Source: a virus (Duplodnaviria > Heunggongvirae > Uroviricota > Caudoviricetes). From it: DNA of 64,000 bases. A program made the position numbers and the translations under genes. Where the stretch lies: the IMG/VR virus record IMGVR_UViG_3300037067_008064, positions 160,001 to 224,000 of that record, one strand, 5' to 3'. The notes under the pieces are model-generated. The model saw nothing but the letters and a program-made list of their open reading frames with translations, had not been told where the DNA came from and searched no databases. Shown here piece after piece: positions 48,040 through 59,400 of this stretch; the first letter of the stretch is position 1; each line of letters starts with the position of its first letter.

Positions 48040-49044
48040 TTATTTTTTTGTTACTGTTGTTTCTTTATTTAATTTATTAAAAAAATCTGAATTTAAAAGA
48101 TAGAAATCATCTAGTTTTTTATCTTTAGTTTTAATTGAAATAAAATTATTTTCTTTGTTAATATTATTAATATCTTCACAAAGTATTAAATTATACCATA
48201 TATTATAATTAACATCTATATTAATATTTAAATCTTTTCCAGTTATAATATATGTTGGTACATTATGTTTATTAGTATTTATTGTCCAAAAATAAAGTTT
48301 GTTATTAAAGACATATAAAACATAAAAAGGAATACTTAATGTTGATTTATTTATATTAAGTAACCCGGGTAAAATATTAAAATTTTCTTTAATAGCATCA
48401 TCCCAATTTATAATCTTTTTAATAAGCGGTTTATTGGGTTCTATAAAATTATTATAATAAAAACTTTCATAAGAATTAAGATATTCATCAATGTATATTT
48501 TTTTTATTTTTTCAGGGTCTTGTGTAAATAAATTAAAATCAAAAATTTTTAAATTATATAAATGAAAAGATGTGTACATTGGTATAATTGGATTATTTGT
48601 AGAATAAATAATGCTACTATATTTTTTTTCTTCAAATATTTTAATACAATCTTCTATTTCTTTATCATCAATTAAATAATGATCATAATCAATATACACT
48701 GCATAATCATATCCTAATGATTTAGCAAATGTTAATGGAAAAGTTAAATAATATACAGCTGGTATATATATATTTAATTTAAATGTTGTTACTTCAACAT
48801 CTTTAGTATCAAAAGTATATTGAACTTTGTAATTAATATTTTCTCCTTGCCATATTAAATTTCTGCTATCATAAAAACAATAATCAGATATTTTTTGTAT
48901 TTCTTCTGGAATATAAGTATGATTAACAAGAAGAGTATCATACTTATTAAATTTTTTGATATGCATTATACAATCATATGTGTTCTTTAAAATTTCTAAA
49001 GAATTAATATATGTGCCTATTATGAATAAAATTTTTGATTTCAT
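48040..49044 (-). CDS. Putative glycan-modifying protein (GT-A-like)
   Basis: DYCFYD and YIDYD (DxD-like); apparent paralog of 49623..50588; operon context. Confidence 0.45.
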   Translation of the reverse strand: MKSKILFIIGTYINSLEILKNTYDCIMHIKKFNKYDTLLVNHTYIPEEIQKISDYCFYDSRNLIWQGENINYKVQYTFDTKDVEVTTFKLNIYIPAVYYLTFPLTFAKSLGYDYAVYIDYDHYLIDDKEIEDCIKIFEEKKYSSIIYSTNNPIIPMYTSFHLYNLKIFDFNLFTQDPEKIKKIYIDEYLNSYESFYYNNFIEPNKPLIKKIINWDDAIKENFNILPGLLNINKSTLSIPFYVLYVFNNKLYFWTINTNKHNVPTYIITGKDLNINIDVNYNIWYNLILCEDINNINKENNFISIKTKDKKLDDFYLLNSDFFNKLNKETTVTKK

Positions 49045-49045
49045 T

Positions 49046-49618
49046 TTATTTTGAATAAAAAATTCTTCTGTCTTTTTTTCTCATTAAAAAACTTAACCCC
49101 ATTTCATTAATTGGAAAAGTGACAATATTCAATTCCGGATGTTCTTTTTCAATATAATCAATTATTTTATAAGAAGATGAACAAAAATTATCTGTTAATA
49201 ATCTTTTATCTAATGGGTCAGTGTCATGAAATATTATAATCCCGAATTTATTTAATACTTTCAAAGAATTTTCAAAATCAATTTTTACTTGTTCAATTCT
49301 ATGATCACCATCTATAAAAATAATATCAAATGTATTTTGATTTTGATTAAAGAAATTATCAGTTGTTGTGTTGTGAATAATAATATTATGTTCTTTTACA
49401 TTTATTTTAGATGTATCTATATCAACACCAACATAAATATCTACTAATGATTTTAGTTGTTTAATATGTTCTTGATCTTCTCCAATTCCTAATTCTAAAA
49501 AAGTTTTACAATTCGTTAAATTGACTAACAAGAAAATTAAAGAATAATAAGAATCTTTTTGTGGTAAATTACCAATAAAATCTATCCCAAAATATCTAGA
49601 AAATGCATATTCATTCAT
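49046..49618 (-). CDS. Class I SAM-dependent methyltransferase
   Basis: FLELGIG, YVGVD, FDIIFIDGDH, GIIIFHD. Confidence 0.85.
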   Translation of the reverse strand: MNEYAFSRYFGIDFIGNLPQKDSYYSLIFLLVNLTNCKTFLELGIGEDQEHIKQLKSLVDIYVGVDIDTSKINVKEHNIIIHNTTTDNFFNQNQNTFDIIFIDGDHRIEQVKIDFENSLKVLNKFGIIIFHDTDPLDKRLLTDNFCSSSYKIIDYIEKEHPELNIVTFPINEMGLSFLMRKKDRRIFYSK

Positions 49619-49622
49619 TTGT

Positions 49623-50588
49623 TTAAAGTTTAATTATTATATAATTTGTAATATCATAAGATTTTTTAGAAACACCATTATATTCTATTATTAAATCTGT
49701 TAATAACATGTTAGTTTCTATATCTGCATATAAAAGATTTTCAAATTTATTAAACATATTTTTAGTTATATCTAATTTCATAACTATATTATCTGAAAAT
49801 TTAATATTTAAAGTAAAATTAAAAACATCTTTCATATTATAAATGAATAAATTAATTTTATTATCTTTATTTTTATGTGGAAATATAGTAAAATTTTTAA
49901 AATCTAAAATATTATCTGTTATTTGTCTACTATCAACTACAGAATCAATAAAAATATCAGAATTTTCTACTTCATTAACATTAAAAATATCATATAAATA
50001 ATTTTCAAACATTTGATATTTATTAACATATTCTTCCATAGTAATTTTAAATGATTCAACAAATTTTTTAATGTCAAACATAAATAAAAATGGATTTATA
50101 GATTTATTTGGTAATATTTCATTAGGGTTAAAAGAATTAAATGACATTCCTGAAACATATGTTAAAGCTATATTTTTATAATTACCATCTAAAAATCTAT
50201 TTATTTCATTAAATACAATATCGTTTAATACAATATCATATGTTACAAATATCATATGTGTATAATTACTATTTAAAAGAAAATCAGATGCAAGTTTTAA
50301 ATGTCTCATTACAGAATAACCATAATCATAATATTCTCTAATTAAAACGTGACCATGAGATTTAACCCAAGTAACAAGTGGTTTTTCGCTAATTGAATTA
50401 GTTTCATCATAAATATAATAATTCACATTATCATATAAAGTTTTATCTAATTTGATTCTATTGGATGATAATAAAATATCTAAATTACAATTTTCTTTTA
50501 TTTTTTTAATATTATCTAATAAAATATTTTGTTTTATTTCAGAATCACAAAATGAAGGAATAACAATACATGCTTTTTTTCTTTCCAT
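49623..50588 (-). CDS. Putative glycan-modifying protein (GT-A-like)
   Basis: NYYIYDETN, IFVTYD; similar layout to 48040..49044. Confidence 0.45.
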   Translation of the reverse strand: MERKKACIVIPSFCDSEIKQNILLDNIKKIKENCNLDILLSSNRIKLDKTLYDNVNYYIYDETNSISEKPLVTWVKSHGHVLIREYYDYGYSVMRHLKLASDFLLNSNYTHMIFVTYDIVLNDIVFNEINRFLDGNYKNIALTYVSGMSFNSFNPNEILPNKSINPFLFMFDIKKFVESFKITMEEYVNKYQMFENYLYDIFNVNEVENSDIFIDSVVDSRQITDNILDFKNFTIFPHKNKDNKINLFIYNMKDVFNFTLNIKFSDNIVMKLDITKNMFNKFENLLYADIETNMLLTDLIIEYNGVSKKSYDITNYIIIKL

Positions 50589-50599
50589 AGTTTATTTAT

Positions 50600-51877
50600 T
50601 TATGGTTTAACTAAATACCATGTGCCCCAGTATTCTTTAGTAACTTTAAAATTTAAATTATTAGTTTCACAAAATTCTAATACTGCTTTATTAACTCCAT
50701 ATTCACCCATATATCTTTCTCCTATATAAACATGCACGTTTCCATTTTCATTAACAAAATTTGGATTCCAATCACCTATAAAATCATGTCCGCAAAATAT
50801 TCCACCAGACCTTAATTTAGGCCACCAACATTCTAAATCTTCTTTAACAAATTTATAATCATGATTAGCATCAATATAAATAAAATCAAAAAAATTATCG
50901 TAAAACATTTCGGATGCTTTGACAGATTTTGAACGAATTAATGTACATCTATCTTCTAATCCTTTTAAATTATTAAAAGTCTCTGCTATAAGTTCTGTAA
51001 GACTTTCTATAATTAAAAAAGGATATTCATTTTTACTAAGTTCTTTCCAAACATCTACACAATATAAATGACCAGGCCAATTATCTAAAATTGTTTTAGC
51101 ATAAAATCCAACATAAGTACCAACTTCTAATCCTCTAAAAATACAATTTTTATTAATTAAAAAATCTGGTAATTCATTTCTATAATTAAGTTCAATATCT
51201 TTGTTGTTTAAATAATTATGTAATCCATACATATATTCTACATCTCTTTTTCTATCGGCAGATTTAAATCTAAAATGATAGTTATTGGTTGTATCTAATT
51301 CATTAAAATTTTTAAGATGATGTTCAACATCAATTCTCCATGCATCATCGTATTTATAATCATAATTAAGAAAATTTCCAATTGCCATATCATCAAATTG
51401 ATTTTCTTTTATTTGATTTAATAACTGAATTTTATTATCCACTAATTGTTGGGTAATATCTTTTGACATAATAATACTAGCACCCGAAATATATGTAATC
51501 GGCTCATAAAAATAATTTATAACTCCATAATACAAATTTTCTGTGGGTTTATTGTTTATTTTTTCGAATAATTTTTCAAATATAAAATAACTACATAAAT
51601 TAGTTCTTAATAAATAATCATATTCATAATTTTTGTTGATATATTCTATTGCTAATAATGTTTTCTCTAAAATATTTTCCCAATTTTCTTTTATGGGACA
51701 ATATATCTTATCATTATCAACTTCAAATTTATCGTGATTACCGTAAACAAAAAAATATTTAATACTATCTGTTTCTTTAATATTACTTAACCAAGTATTT
51801 CTTTGTGCTTGTTCAAATTCTTTATAAATTCCATCATCACAAGCAATTATTAATATAATTAATTTAAATTTTTCCAT
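50600..51877 (-). CDS. GT31-like glycosyltransferase fused to SAM-dependent methyltransferase
   Basis: QRNTW, EKTL, YDYLLRTN, YISGA, DDMAIG; then LEVGTYVG, FDFIYIDANH, GGIFCGHD. Confidence 0.8.
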   Translation of the reverse strand: MEKFKLIILIIACDDGIYKEFEQAQRNTWLSNIKETDSIKYFFVYGNHDKFEVDNDKIYCPIKENWENILEKTLLAIEYINKNYEYDYLLRTNLCSYFIFEKLFEKINNKPTENLYYGVINYFYEPITYISGASIIMSKDITQQLVDNKIQLLNQIKENQFDDMAIGNFLNYDYKYDDAWRIDVEHHLKNFNELDTTNNYHFRFKSADRKRDVEYMYGLHNYLNNKDIELNYRNELPDFLINKNCIFRGLEVGTYVGFYAKTILDNWPGHLYCVDVWKELSKNEYPFLIIESLTELIAETFNNLKGLEDRCTLIRSKSVKASEMFYDNFFDFIYIDANHDYKFVKEDLECWWPKLRSGGIFCGHDFIGDWNPNFVNENGNVHVYIGERYMGEYGVNKAVLEFCETNNLNFKVTKEYWGTWYLVKP

Positions 51878-52527
51878 TATCTATCAATTCTTACTGGAGG
51901 TTTTCTTAATTTTTTTTCAATTACAATTACACTATCATAATAATGTATACTATTTGTATGTGTTGTAAATTTAGTTATTGGTAATTCATTAGGTATTAAA
52001 GCACTAAAAGCATTTAGTTTATCAATAAGTTTTTTACTATATTCAATAAATGAATTTGGATTTTCAAGCCCACCACCATAATTTTTATTATAAGAAGTAT
52101 GTAAATCTTCACATAAATAAATTCCCCCATCCTTTATGTGATCATATAGTTCTTCAAATGTAATTATTTGTTCTTCCATTCTATGACCACCATCATCTAT
52201 TAATATGTCTATTTTTGGAATTTGTGTTTTGAGTTCTCTTAAAAATTCTCTATCAGATTGTGAACCAATTATAATTTTAATATTTTTTCCTTCAACAATA
52301 TTTTGACAATTAGCATCATTATCAATACCATATATTTTTGCATTTTCACCAAAATAATCTTCCCACATTAAAAGACTTCCACCTTTCCATACTCCAATTT
52401 CTAAAATAACTATTTCTTTATTTCTAAATTTTGAAAAATGTGTATCATAAATATCAAAATATTGAGTCCATTTAGTTATTGGAATTTCTAATCTTTTATT
52501 TTTAAAAAAATATTCTAAATCATTCAT
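51877..52527 (-). CDS. SAM-dependent (sugar O-)methyltransferase
   Basis: ILEIGVWKGGSLLMW, GSQSD, DILIDDGGH, GGIYLCED. Confidence 0.85.
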   Translation of the reverse strand: MNDLEYFFKNKRLEIPITKWTQYFDIYDTHFSKFRNKEIVILEIGVWKGGSLLMWEDYFGENAKIYGIDNDANCQNIVEGKNIKIIIGSQSDREFLRELKTQIPKIDILIDDGGHRMEEQIITFEELYDHIKDGGIYLCEDLHTSYNKNYGGGLENPNSFIEYSKKLIDKLNAFSALIPNELPITKFTTHTNSIHYYDSVIVIEKKLRKPPVRIDR

Positions 52528-52529
52528 AA

Positions 52530-55343
52530 TTAAAAGTTTACAAAATTAACTAATTCCTTTAATATTTTTTTTCTATCTTCAAATGGATAACCCACCACAT
52601 GAACCGTAAAATTACCTTGTTTATAGATATTGGTATTATTATTCCACGATGGAGCTTCATTCAGAACGTGCGGCAAATACATTGGCCAAACAGAATTCAT
52701 TAAGGTTTCTTCTACAATTTTTGTCATAGTTTTATAATGTGGTACATTAGTAGTTAAAATTCTAAATGCTCTATTATCATAATCAAAATATTCTGTTGTT
52801 ACTGGAATTCTTTTATTTTGAATTACATCATCTAATAATTGAATTGATAAAGGAGTATTTTTAATTAATATATGACTTGCTGTTACTAATCTATTTGGGT
52901 CAATAAATTTACTATATTCTGGATTATTAAAATCAGGACAATAAATAGTAGCTGGCATTATAAGATTATAATTTTCGTCGATAATAGATTCTATTTTAAT
53001 ATTATGATTCATAAACATCGAATCTGAATCTATATAAAAAACCCAATCATAATCTTCAATAAATTTTTTAATTGCTAATGGTTTTTGCCAATATACAGAC
53101 ATATTAGAGTCAATCATTGTATTAATACATTGAAAATCATATCCATGTTTTTCACAATATTTTTTATTAACTTCACTCGTTATATCACCTATTTCTTTAT
53201 AAGATTCATTATATTGCATTACAACACATATATGATTCTTTTTTTCTTTAACTTCCTTTTGTTTTGTATCTATTTTTACTGGAAAATACATTTTAGGATT
53301 CCGTGTTATTAAAAAATTAATACTGTCAACTATTTCATTATAATTTTTAAGCCCATGAAATGTTTTAACTGAACTTTTATTATATGGAATCCAAGACCAA
53401 TCTTCATTTTGTCCGTTTAAAACAAATCTAAATCCATTCATTTGTTTAGAAAATTTAGATTTATCAGAATCATCAAAATCTTCAAATGCTTTAATAAATT
53501 CAATATTCTTTACATTAAAGAAACTTAATTCAATTTTATCAGTATATCCATATTTCCAAAATAAAACATTGATAATAGTTTCTTCATGATATGGTGCTAA
53601 TTTTCTCCAAAAACTTCTTATATAATCATCATCACATGTATCTCTCCACTCTTCTATAAAAGCTTTACAATTTTTATTAAAAGCAATTGTATTAGTTTGA
53701 ACATAATCTTCACCTCTGGTTTTAACATCTAAATATTCCATTAAATGTCTTTCAATATAATATTCAGCTCCAGGACCTAATAAAATACTAAACACTCCTC
53801 TTGTAACAAGTGGATAGTTTTTAATGTGATTAATATTTTCAAATAAATCATCAACATTATATCTTGCAACCATGTCACCATCTAAATAAATACCTTCATT
53901 AATTCCAAGTTCAAAGGCTTTAAGGATAATAAATGGTTTAAGAGTTAAAATATTATATATTGAATCATCTGATCTATCAATATATTCATTACCATCTTGT
54001 TGTATAAATTTAGGGTCTTTAATATTTCGTTCAGTATTATATCTAACTGTAAATACTCTATTATTATTTTTATAAATATCTGTATCAAAATTAACCGTAA
54101 AAAGAACTATAGGATTTTCAGAAAATTCTAATAATGATTGAATTAAGCCTTTTGTCGTATTTAAATAATTTTCAGTGGTGTGTGTTATAAAAGCTGATGT
54201 TGGATATTTTGATTCGTTATTTTTTGCACCTAATTGAAAAGTTCTTTTAATAATATCAGGATTAATAGTATTTTCAATCGATTTAACTAATTCATCTTCT
54301 TTTTTTTGAACATCTATAAATCTTTCAATTTCTTTATTAATCTCAGATTGTGTTTCTTTTAACATGGACATTGTGTCCATGTTATTGTCCATGATTCTAG
54401 TTTCTTTACTAGACAAAACATCTTTAATAAGTTGTATATTTTCTTTAACATTATCATTAAGATATGTTACTAATGGTTCATTATCATATTTATGTTTATA
54501 TGCCGGTAAATCTCTCATTACAACTTTCATGTTCCAAGCTAGTGCTTCCTTTATTACTAATGGATTATTTTCATATTTGGATGTAAATAATAACATATCC
54601 ATAGAAGAATAAAATTTATCTACATCATTTCTTTCCCCGTGTATAATACAATTAGCTGGTTTATTTTTCATTAATGGAGCCCAATAATCTTGAAAATTTC
54701 CAGCTTGATTACCAACGAAATGAAATTTAACTGTGTTATCAAAATATTTAGCTAATTCAAATATTTCACCTTGATTTTTCCCAGGCGTAAATAAACCAAC
54801 ATTTAATATATGAGTATGTTCAGGATTTAATTTAAGTTGTTTAAGTATTGAAGTTCTGTCTGGCCTTTGTTTTTTATCAAGTTCATATTCAATAATTGTT
54901 TTGTCAACATCTAAATTTAAAAATCTATCATAATTTAATTGTGACACAAAAGAAAATTTATCAGGCATAAACATTTTTTTCTCTGATGTATAATCAGCCG
55001 AGTGAGTTGTTTCTATTAAAACATAATCTCTTTCATTAGAATAAATTTCTTTAATAATATCAATATTAATAAAAGTTTCCGGTAATTCTTCAATATGAAT
55101 TATGTCTGGTTGAATACGCTTAATGATATTAAGTAATTCTTTTTTATTATCACCCAATGTAAAAAACTTATTTCTTAAAAGCTTTTGTATTGCACTTTTT
55201 TGTACAATAAAATCAGGTGAAAAATTTTGATATTCAACACAATAAACGTCATATACGTCATACATTAATTCAATTTTTCTTAATAAATAAGCCGGAAGAC
55301 CACCTGTTGATAGATGTGGAGTAATGTAAAGAATTTTTTTCAT
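52530..55343 (-). CDS. Three-domain glycosyltransferase (GT4-like, GT-A, GT34-like)
   Basis: PHLSTGG...VGLFTPGKNQ...ENNPLVIKEA (GT-B); IYLDGD...HEETIIN; YCEKHGY...WQKP...FYIDSD. Confidence 0.8.
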   Translation of the reverse strand: MKKILYITPHLSTGGLPAYLLRKIELMYDVYDVYCVEYQNFSPDFIVQKSAIQKLLRNKFFTLGDNKKELLNIIKRIQPDIIHIEELPETFINIDIIKEIYSNERDYVLIETTHSADYTSEKKMFMPDKFSFVSQLNYDRFLNLDVDKTIIEYELDKKQRPDRTSILKQLKLNPEHTHILNVGLFTPGKNQGEIFELAKYFDNTVKFHFVGNQAGNFQDYWAPLMKNKPANCIIHGERNDVDKFYSSMDMLLFTSKYENNPLVIKEALAWNMKVVMRDLPAYKHKYDNEPLVTYLNDNVKENIQLIKDVLSSKETRIMDNNMDTMSMLKETQSEINKEIERFIDVQKKEDELVKSIENTINPDIIKRTFQLGAKNNESKYPTSAFITHTTENYLNTTKGLIQSLLEFSENPIVLFTVNFDTDIYKNNNRVFTVRYNTERNIKDPKFIQQDGNEYIDRSDDSIYNILTLKPFIILKAFELGINEGIYLDGDMVARYNVDDLFENINHIKNYPLVTRGVFSILLGPGAEYYIERHLMEYLDVKTRGEDYVQTNTIAFNKNCKAFIEEWRDTCDDDYIRSFWRKLAPYHEETIINVLFWKYGYTDKIELSFFNVKNIEFIKAFEDFDDSDKSKFSKQMNGFRFVLNGQNEDWSWIPYNKSSVKTFHGLKNYNEIVDSINFLITRNPKMYFPVKIDTKQKEVKEKKNHICVVMQYNESYKEIGDITSEVNKKYCEKHGYDFQCINTMIDSNMSVYWQKPLAIKKFIEDYDWVFYIDSDSMFMNHNIKIESIIDENYNLIMPATIYCPDFNNPEYSKFIDPNRLVTASHILIKNTPLSIQLLDDVIQNKRIPVTTEYFDYDNRAFRILTTNVPHYKTMTKIVEETLMNSVWPMYLPHVLNEAPSWNNNTNIYKQGNFTVHVVGYPFEDRKKILKELVNFVNF

Positions 55344-55412
55344 GAAAATAAATTATAAATATAAAAAATTATGATTTATTATATTATGAAATATGATTAG
55401 TAAGGTTTTAAT

Positions 55413-56426
55413 TTAAAGAATCATAGCAGACCATCTTCTTATATTAGCTCTATAATCAATTATTAGTTTTGGGTCTTTACTAGTTCCTATATTATCTGCT
55501 GTATCAACAATAAGAGCTGAAACTTGCCCGCTTGACCATTTAGCACCCGATATATTTTTTTGATCCCATTCAATAACTCCTCCATAAACAGTATTATTTG
55601 TTAATGAAATAGATAATTTACCTACACCAAATGAATTATAATTATCTGATATTTGAAAGTTGCTCATTGATATAGAATCAAGAAGAGTCATATCCCATTT
55701 AGCAATATTATAATCAGATGAATCTAAATTTATAGGATTATTTGGAATCATTGTTACAATGCAAAGTGATACATCACCTAATCCAGAAATTGTAGCATAC
55801 CCAGCTAAATATAATGATGCATCATTTATTGTTATACCAGATATACTATTTAATGTATCAAATGTAAATACTTGTCTTCTTAAAATTGAATATGTATTCG
55901 TTGTTGTACTGGCTGTTAAACCGGCAGCTACAATTGCATCAGTAACATTAGATTGTGTTCCAGCTGAATTTCTTATAGTAGAAAAGTTTTCAGGTAAACC
56001 AGGTGGTGCTCTTTGAACATAACCATCACATGAAGTATTACTACCACCACCACTAGCATCTGGATAAAAAGTTAATGTACTAAATCCAAAGCTTAATTCC
56101 GGAATATATTCATCAGCAAAAAATTCATCCCATTTATGAAAAAATAACCAAACCCATTTTAAAGAAAAATAAATTCTTTTACTAAATTTAGGGTGTGTTC
56201 TAATATCTCTTTTATATCTTCCTTTTCCTAAATAAACGGAATAAAAATTTGGTTGTATATCTGTTATTAATTGAGAATATTTAACATCATGATGTATTCT
56301 AAATATCCATCTTATTAATAATTTTAATATCGGAAAATTTAATAAAATTATTAAAATATTTTGATATTTATCAAACCATTTTTTATTAAAAGCATTATAT
56401 CTATTATCTTGTATTTTAGTTTTCAT
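55413..56426 (-). CDS. Two-part protein: basic/hydrophobic N-terminus plus beta-rich virion-type domain
   Basis: 337 aa; composition switch at FGFSTLTFYP; ends DPKLIIDY. Confidence 0.5.
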   Translation of the reverse strand: MKTKIQDNRYNAFNKKWFDKYQNILIILLNFPILKLLIRWIFRIHHDVKYSQLITDIQPNFYSVYLGKGRYKRDIRTHPKFSKRIYFSLKWVWLFFHKWDEFFADEYIPELSFGFSTLTFYPDASGGGSNTSCDGYVQRAPPGLPENFSTIRNSAGTQSNVTDAIVAAGLTASTTTNTYSILRRQVFTFDTLNSISGITINDASLYLAGYATISGLGDVSLCIVTMIPNNPINLDSSDYNIAKWDMTLLDSISMSNFQISDNYNSFGVGKLSISLTNNTVYGGVIEWDQKNISGAKWSSGQVSALIVDTADNIGTSKDPKLIIDYRANIRRWSAMIL

Positions 56427-59400
56427 TATATAGCATATGTTTTATATCTTACATATATAGAAGCATTAAAATCTGATGGGTCGGGTGGTCCTGTGGTTAC
56501 TTTAGTTATTCTTAATCTTAATTGATCTCCACTATTAATACCAATATTTAATGAAGTTTTAGTACTAACATCAGTACCAACACCGGCACATGAAATAATA
56601 GTTGACCAACTACTAGCTGTTCTTTGTTCAATAACAAAATCAACAAGACCGCCAACTTGGTTCATACTAGAAATTCCTGTAATAACAGCTGAACCATCTA
56701 CTGGTTGGTACATAACCATCGCTGGTAATATATCATTATTAACTGGTGTTTCTGGAATAGTCCAAGTATGTGGAATTGTTACATATCCCGCAACACCACT
56801 AGTTCCTGCGGTTCCTGAAGAACCTCTTGTTCCAGCAGTTCCTGATGATGCTGAAGTTCCGGCAGTACCACTGCTACCATCATCACCTGATGTACCACTG
56901 CTACCATCATCACCTGATGTTCCTGAAGAACCTCTGGTTCCTGAAGAACCTCTGGTTCCTGAAGAACCTCTAGTTCCTGAAGAACCTCTGGTTCCTGAAG
57001 AACCTCTAGTTCCTGCGGTTCCAGAGCTTCCACTTCCACCAGATTTTCCACTGGTTCCTGAAGTGCCTGCTCCTGAAGTACCACTACTACCCGTATCTCC
57101 AGCAGTACCTGAAGTCCCACTACCTGAAGTCCCACTCGTGCCTATTCCACTAGTTCCTGAAGTTCCAGTTCCTGAAGTACCACTACTTCCAGTACCTCCG
57201 GCAGTTCCTGAAGTTCCTGCTGTTGCTGAAACGCCTGTCGTTCCACTACTTCCTGTAGTTCCTGAAGAACCTTTGGTTCCTGCAGTTCCACTGCTACCAT
57301 CATTACCTGATGTACCTGCACTTGCACTTGTTCCTGAAGTTCCACTACTACCATCTGCACCATCATTTCCAGAGGTTCCTGAAGAACCTCTGGTCCCTGA
57401 AGAACCTCTAGTTCCTGCAGTTCCAGAGCTTCCACTACCTCCAGTTTCACCTGATGTTCCTGATGTAGATGCTAGACCTGAAGTTCCTGAAGTTCCTACT
57501 CCACTTGTACCTGAAGTACCATTAATTCCATCAGCACCATTTATAGAAAGTGAAAAATATAAAATATCACCATTAACCCAAGTTCCATTTCCACCTAAAA
57601 CTGAAAGATTACTAATTGAGCAGTATGTTGAATGGTCCATTAAACCTTCAACATAATAAATACCAAAATTATTATCACTATTTTTTTTGGTTATTTGTAA
57701 TTGGCAACCACCATTTATTAAACCGCCTACTGTTAAAAATAACCAAGTTGAAAGATTTACATTATTTACATTAGTGTAATTTATATCAATTGTTGTAACA
57801 TCAGCAAAAGTTGAAGTATCTAAAATTATCTTACCAGAAGCCATAATACTATCCTCGGCCATCCAATATGAACCTGATGCTCCAGATACTCCATATCCTG
57901 CAGTTCCTGATGTACCTGTGATATCACTTAATGTTTCTTTATTTAAAACTTCAAATGAATCTTCTTCAGTATGATAAATTAATTGTACTGAACCACCATT
58001 AACGTCAACTATAAAGTTTTGTATAGCACCTTGAATCTTATGCCCATTAGATAAAATATTAATATTATTTATAGAAGAATTTCTATTAATATCAATAACT
58101 TCAATAATATGTCCATTAGCTGGACTGGTTGGTAAAAGTATATTAAGAGAATTTGATGATACATCTGTTAAAATAAGTTCACCTGAATTAGCATTATAAC
58201 TTACATCAGTTTCAATAATAATTAAACCACCCCCAGCTCCACCTGATGTTCCACTACTACCTACACCACCTGAAGTTCCTGCTGTTCCACTGCTACCTCT
58301 TGTTCCTGATGTTCCACCTGTACCACTACTTGCTGAAGTTCCTGATGAACCTACACCACCTGAAGTTCCTGAAGTTCCAGCTGTTCCTGATGAACCTACA
58401 CCACCTGAAGTTCCTGAAGTTCCAGCTGTTCCTGATGAACCTACACCACCTGAAGTTCCTGAAGTTCCACCTGTTGAACTTGTTCCTGAAGTTCCACCTG
58501 TTCCTGATGATGCACTAGTTCCTGATGAACCAACTCCACCTGAAGTTCCTGAAGTTCCACTACTTGCACTTGTTCCTGATGAACCAACTCCACCTGAAGT
58601 TCCTGAAGTTCCACCTGTTGAACTTGTGCCTGCTGTTCCTGATGAACCTACACCACCTGAAGTTCCTGCTGTTCCACTGCTACCTCTTGTTCCTGATGTT
58701 CCACCTGTTGAACTTGTGCCTGCTGTTCCTGATGATGCACTTGTTCCAGAAGTTCCTGCTGTTCCTGATGATGCACTAGTTCCTGAAGAACCAACTCCAC
58801 CTGATGTGCCTGATGATGCACTAGTTCCTGAAGAACCAACTCCACCTGATGTGCCTGAAGTTCCACCTGTTGAAGAAGTTCCTGCTGTTCCTGATGATGC
58901 ACTAGTTCCTGAAGAACCTACACCACCTGATGTGCCTGATGATGCACTAGTTCCTGAAGTTCCTGATGAACCAACTCCACCTGATGTGCCTGATGATGCA
59001 CTAGTTCCTGAAGTTCCTGATGAACCAATTCCACCTGAAGTTCCTGAAGTTCCACTGCTACCATCATTACCTGATGTACCTGCACTTGCACTTGTTCCTG
59101 AAGTTCCTACTCCACTTGTACCTGAAGTACCTTGTGCCCCAACTAAACTTGTTGAAAAATACAATAAATCACCATTTGTCCATGTTCCCAAACCACCAAA
59201 ACATAATACCCCAAAACCATAAGCATAACCAAGATCATAAAGAGTTCCAAAACTTTCAAAATATATTCCAAATTCAATATTACTTCCAATTTTAGTTATA
59301 CCTATTTGACTACCACCACCACCTTCTATAGTACCTTGTAACCAAATACCAAGATTAGTTCCATAAAAATCTTTTTTACTAATTTCTATATTAGCAATAT

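Noticed and set aside
562-56016. Short antisense ORFs in the track (e.g. 1074-1343, 18409-18852, 22806-23132, 24128-24484)
   Set aside because: Lie wholly opposite convincing genes and have typical shadow composition
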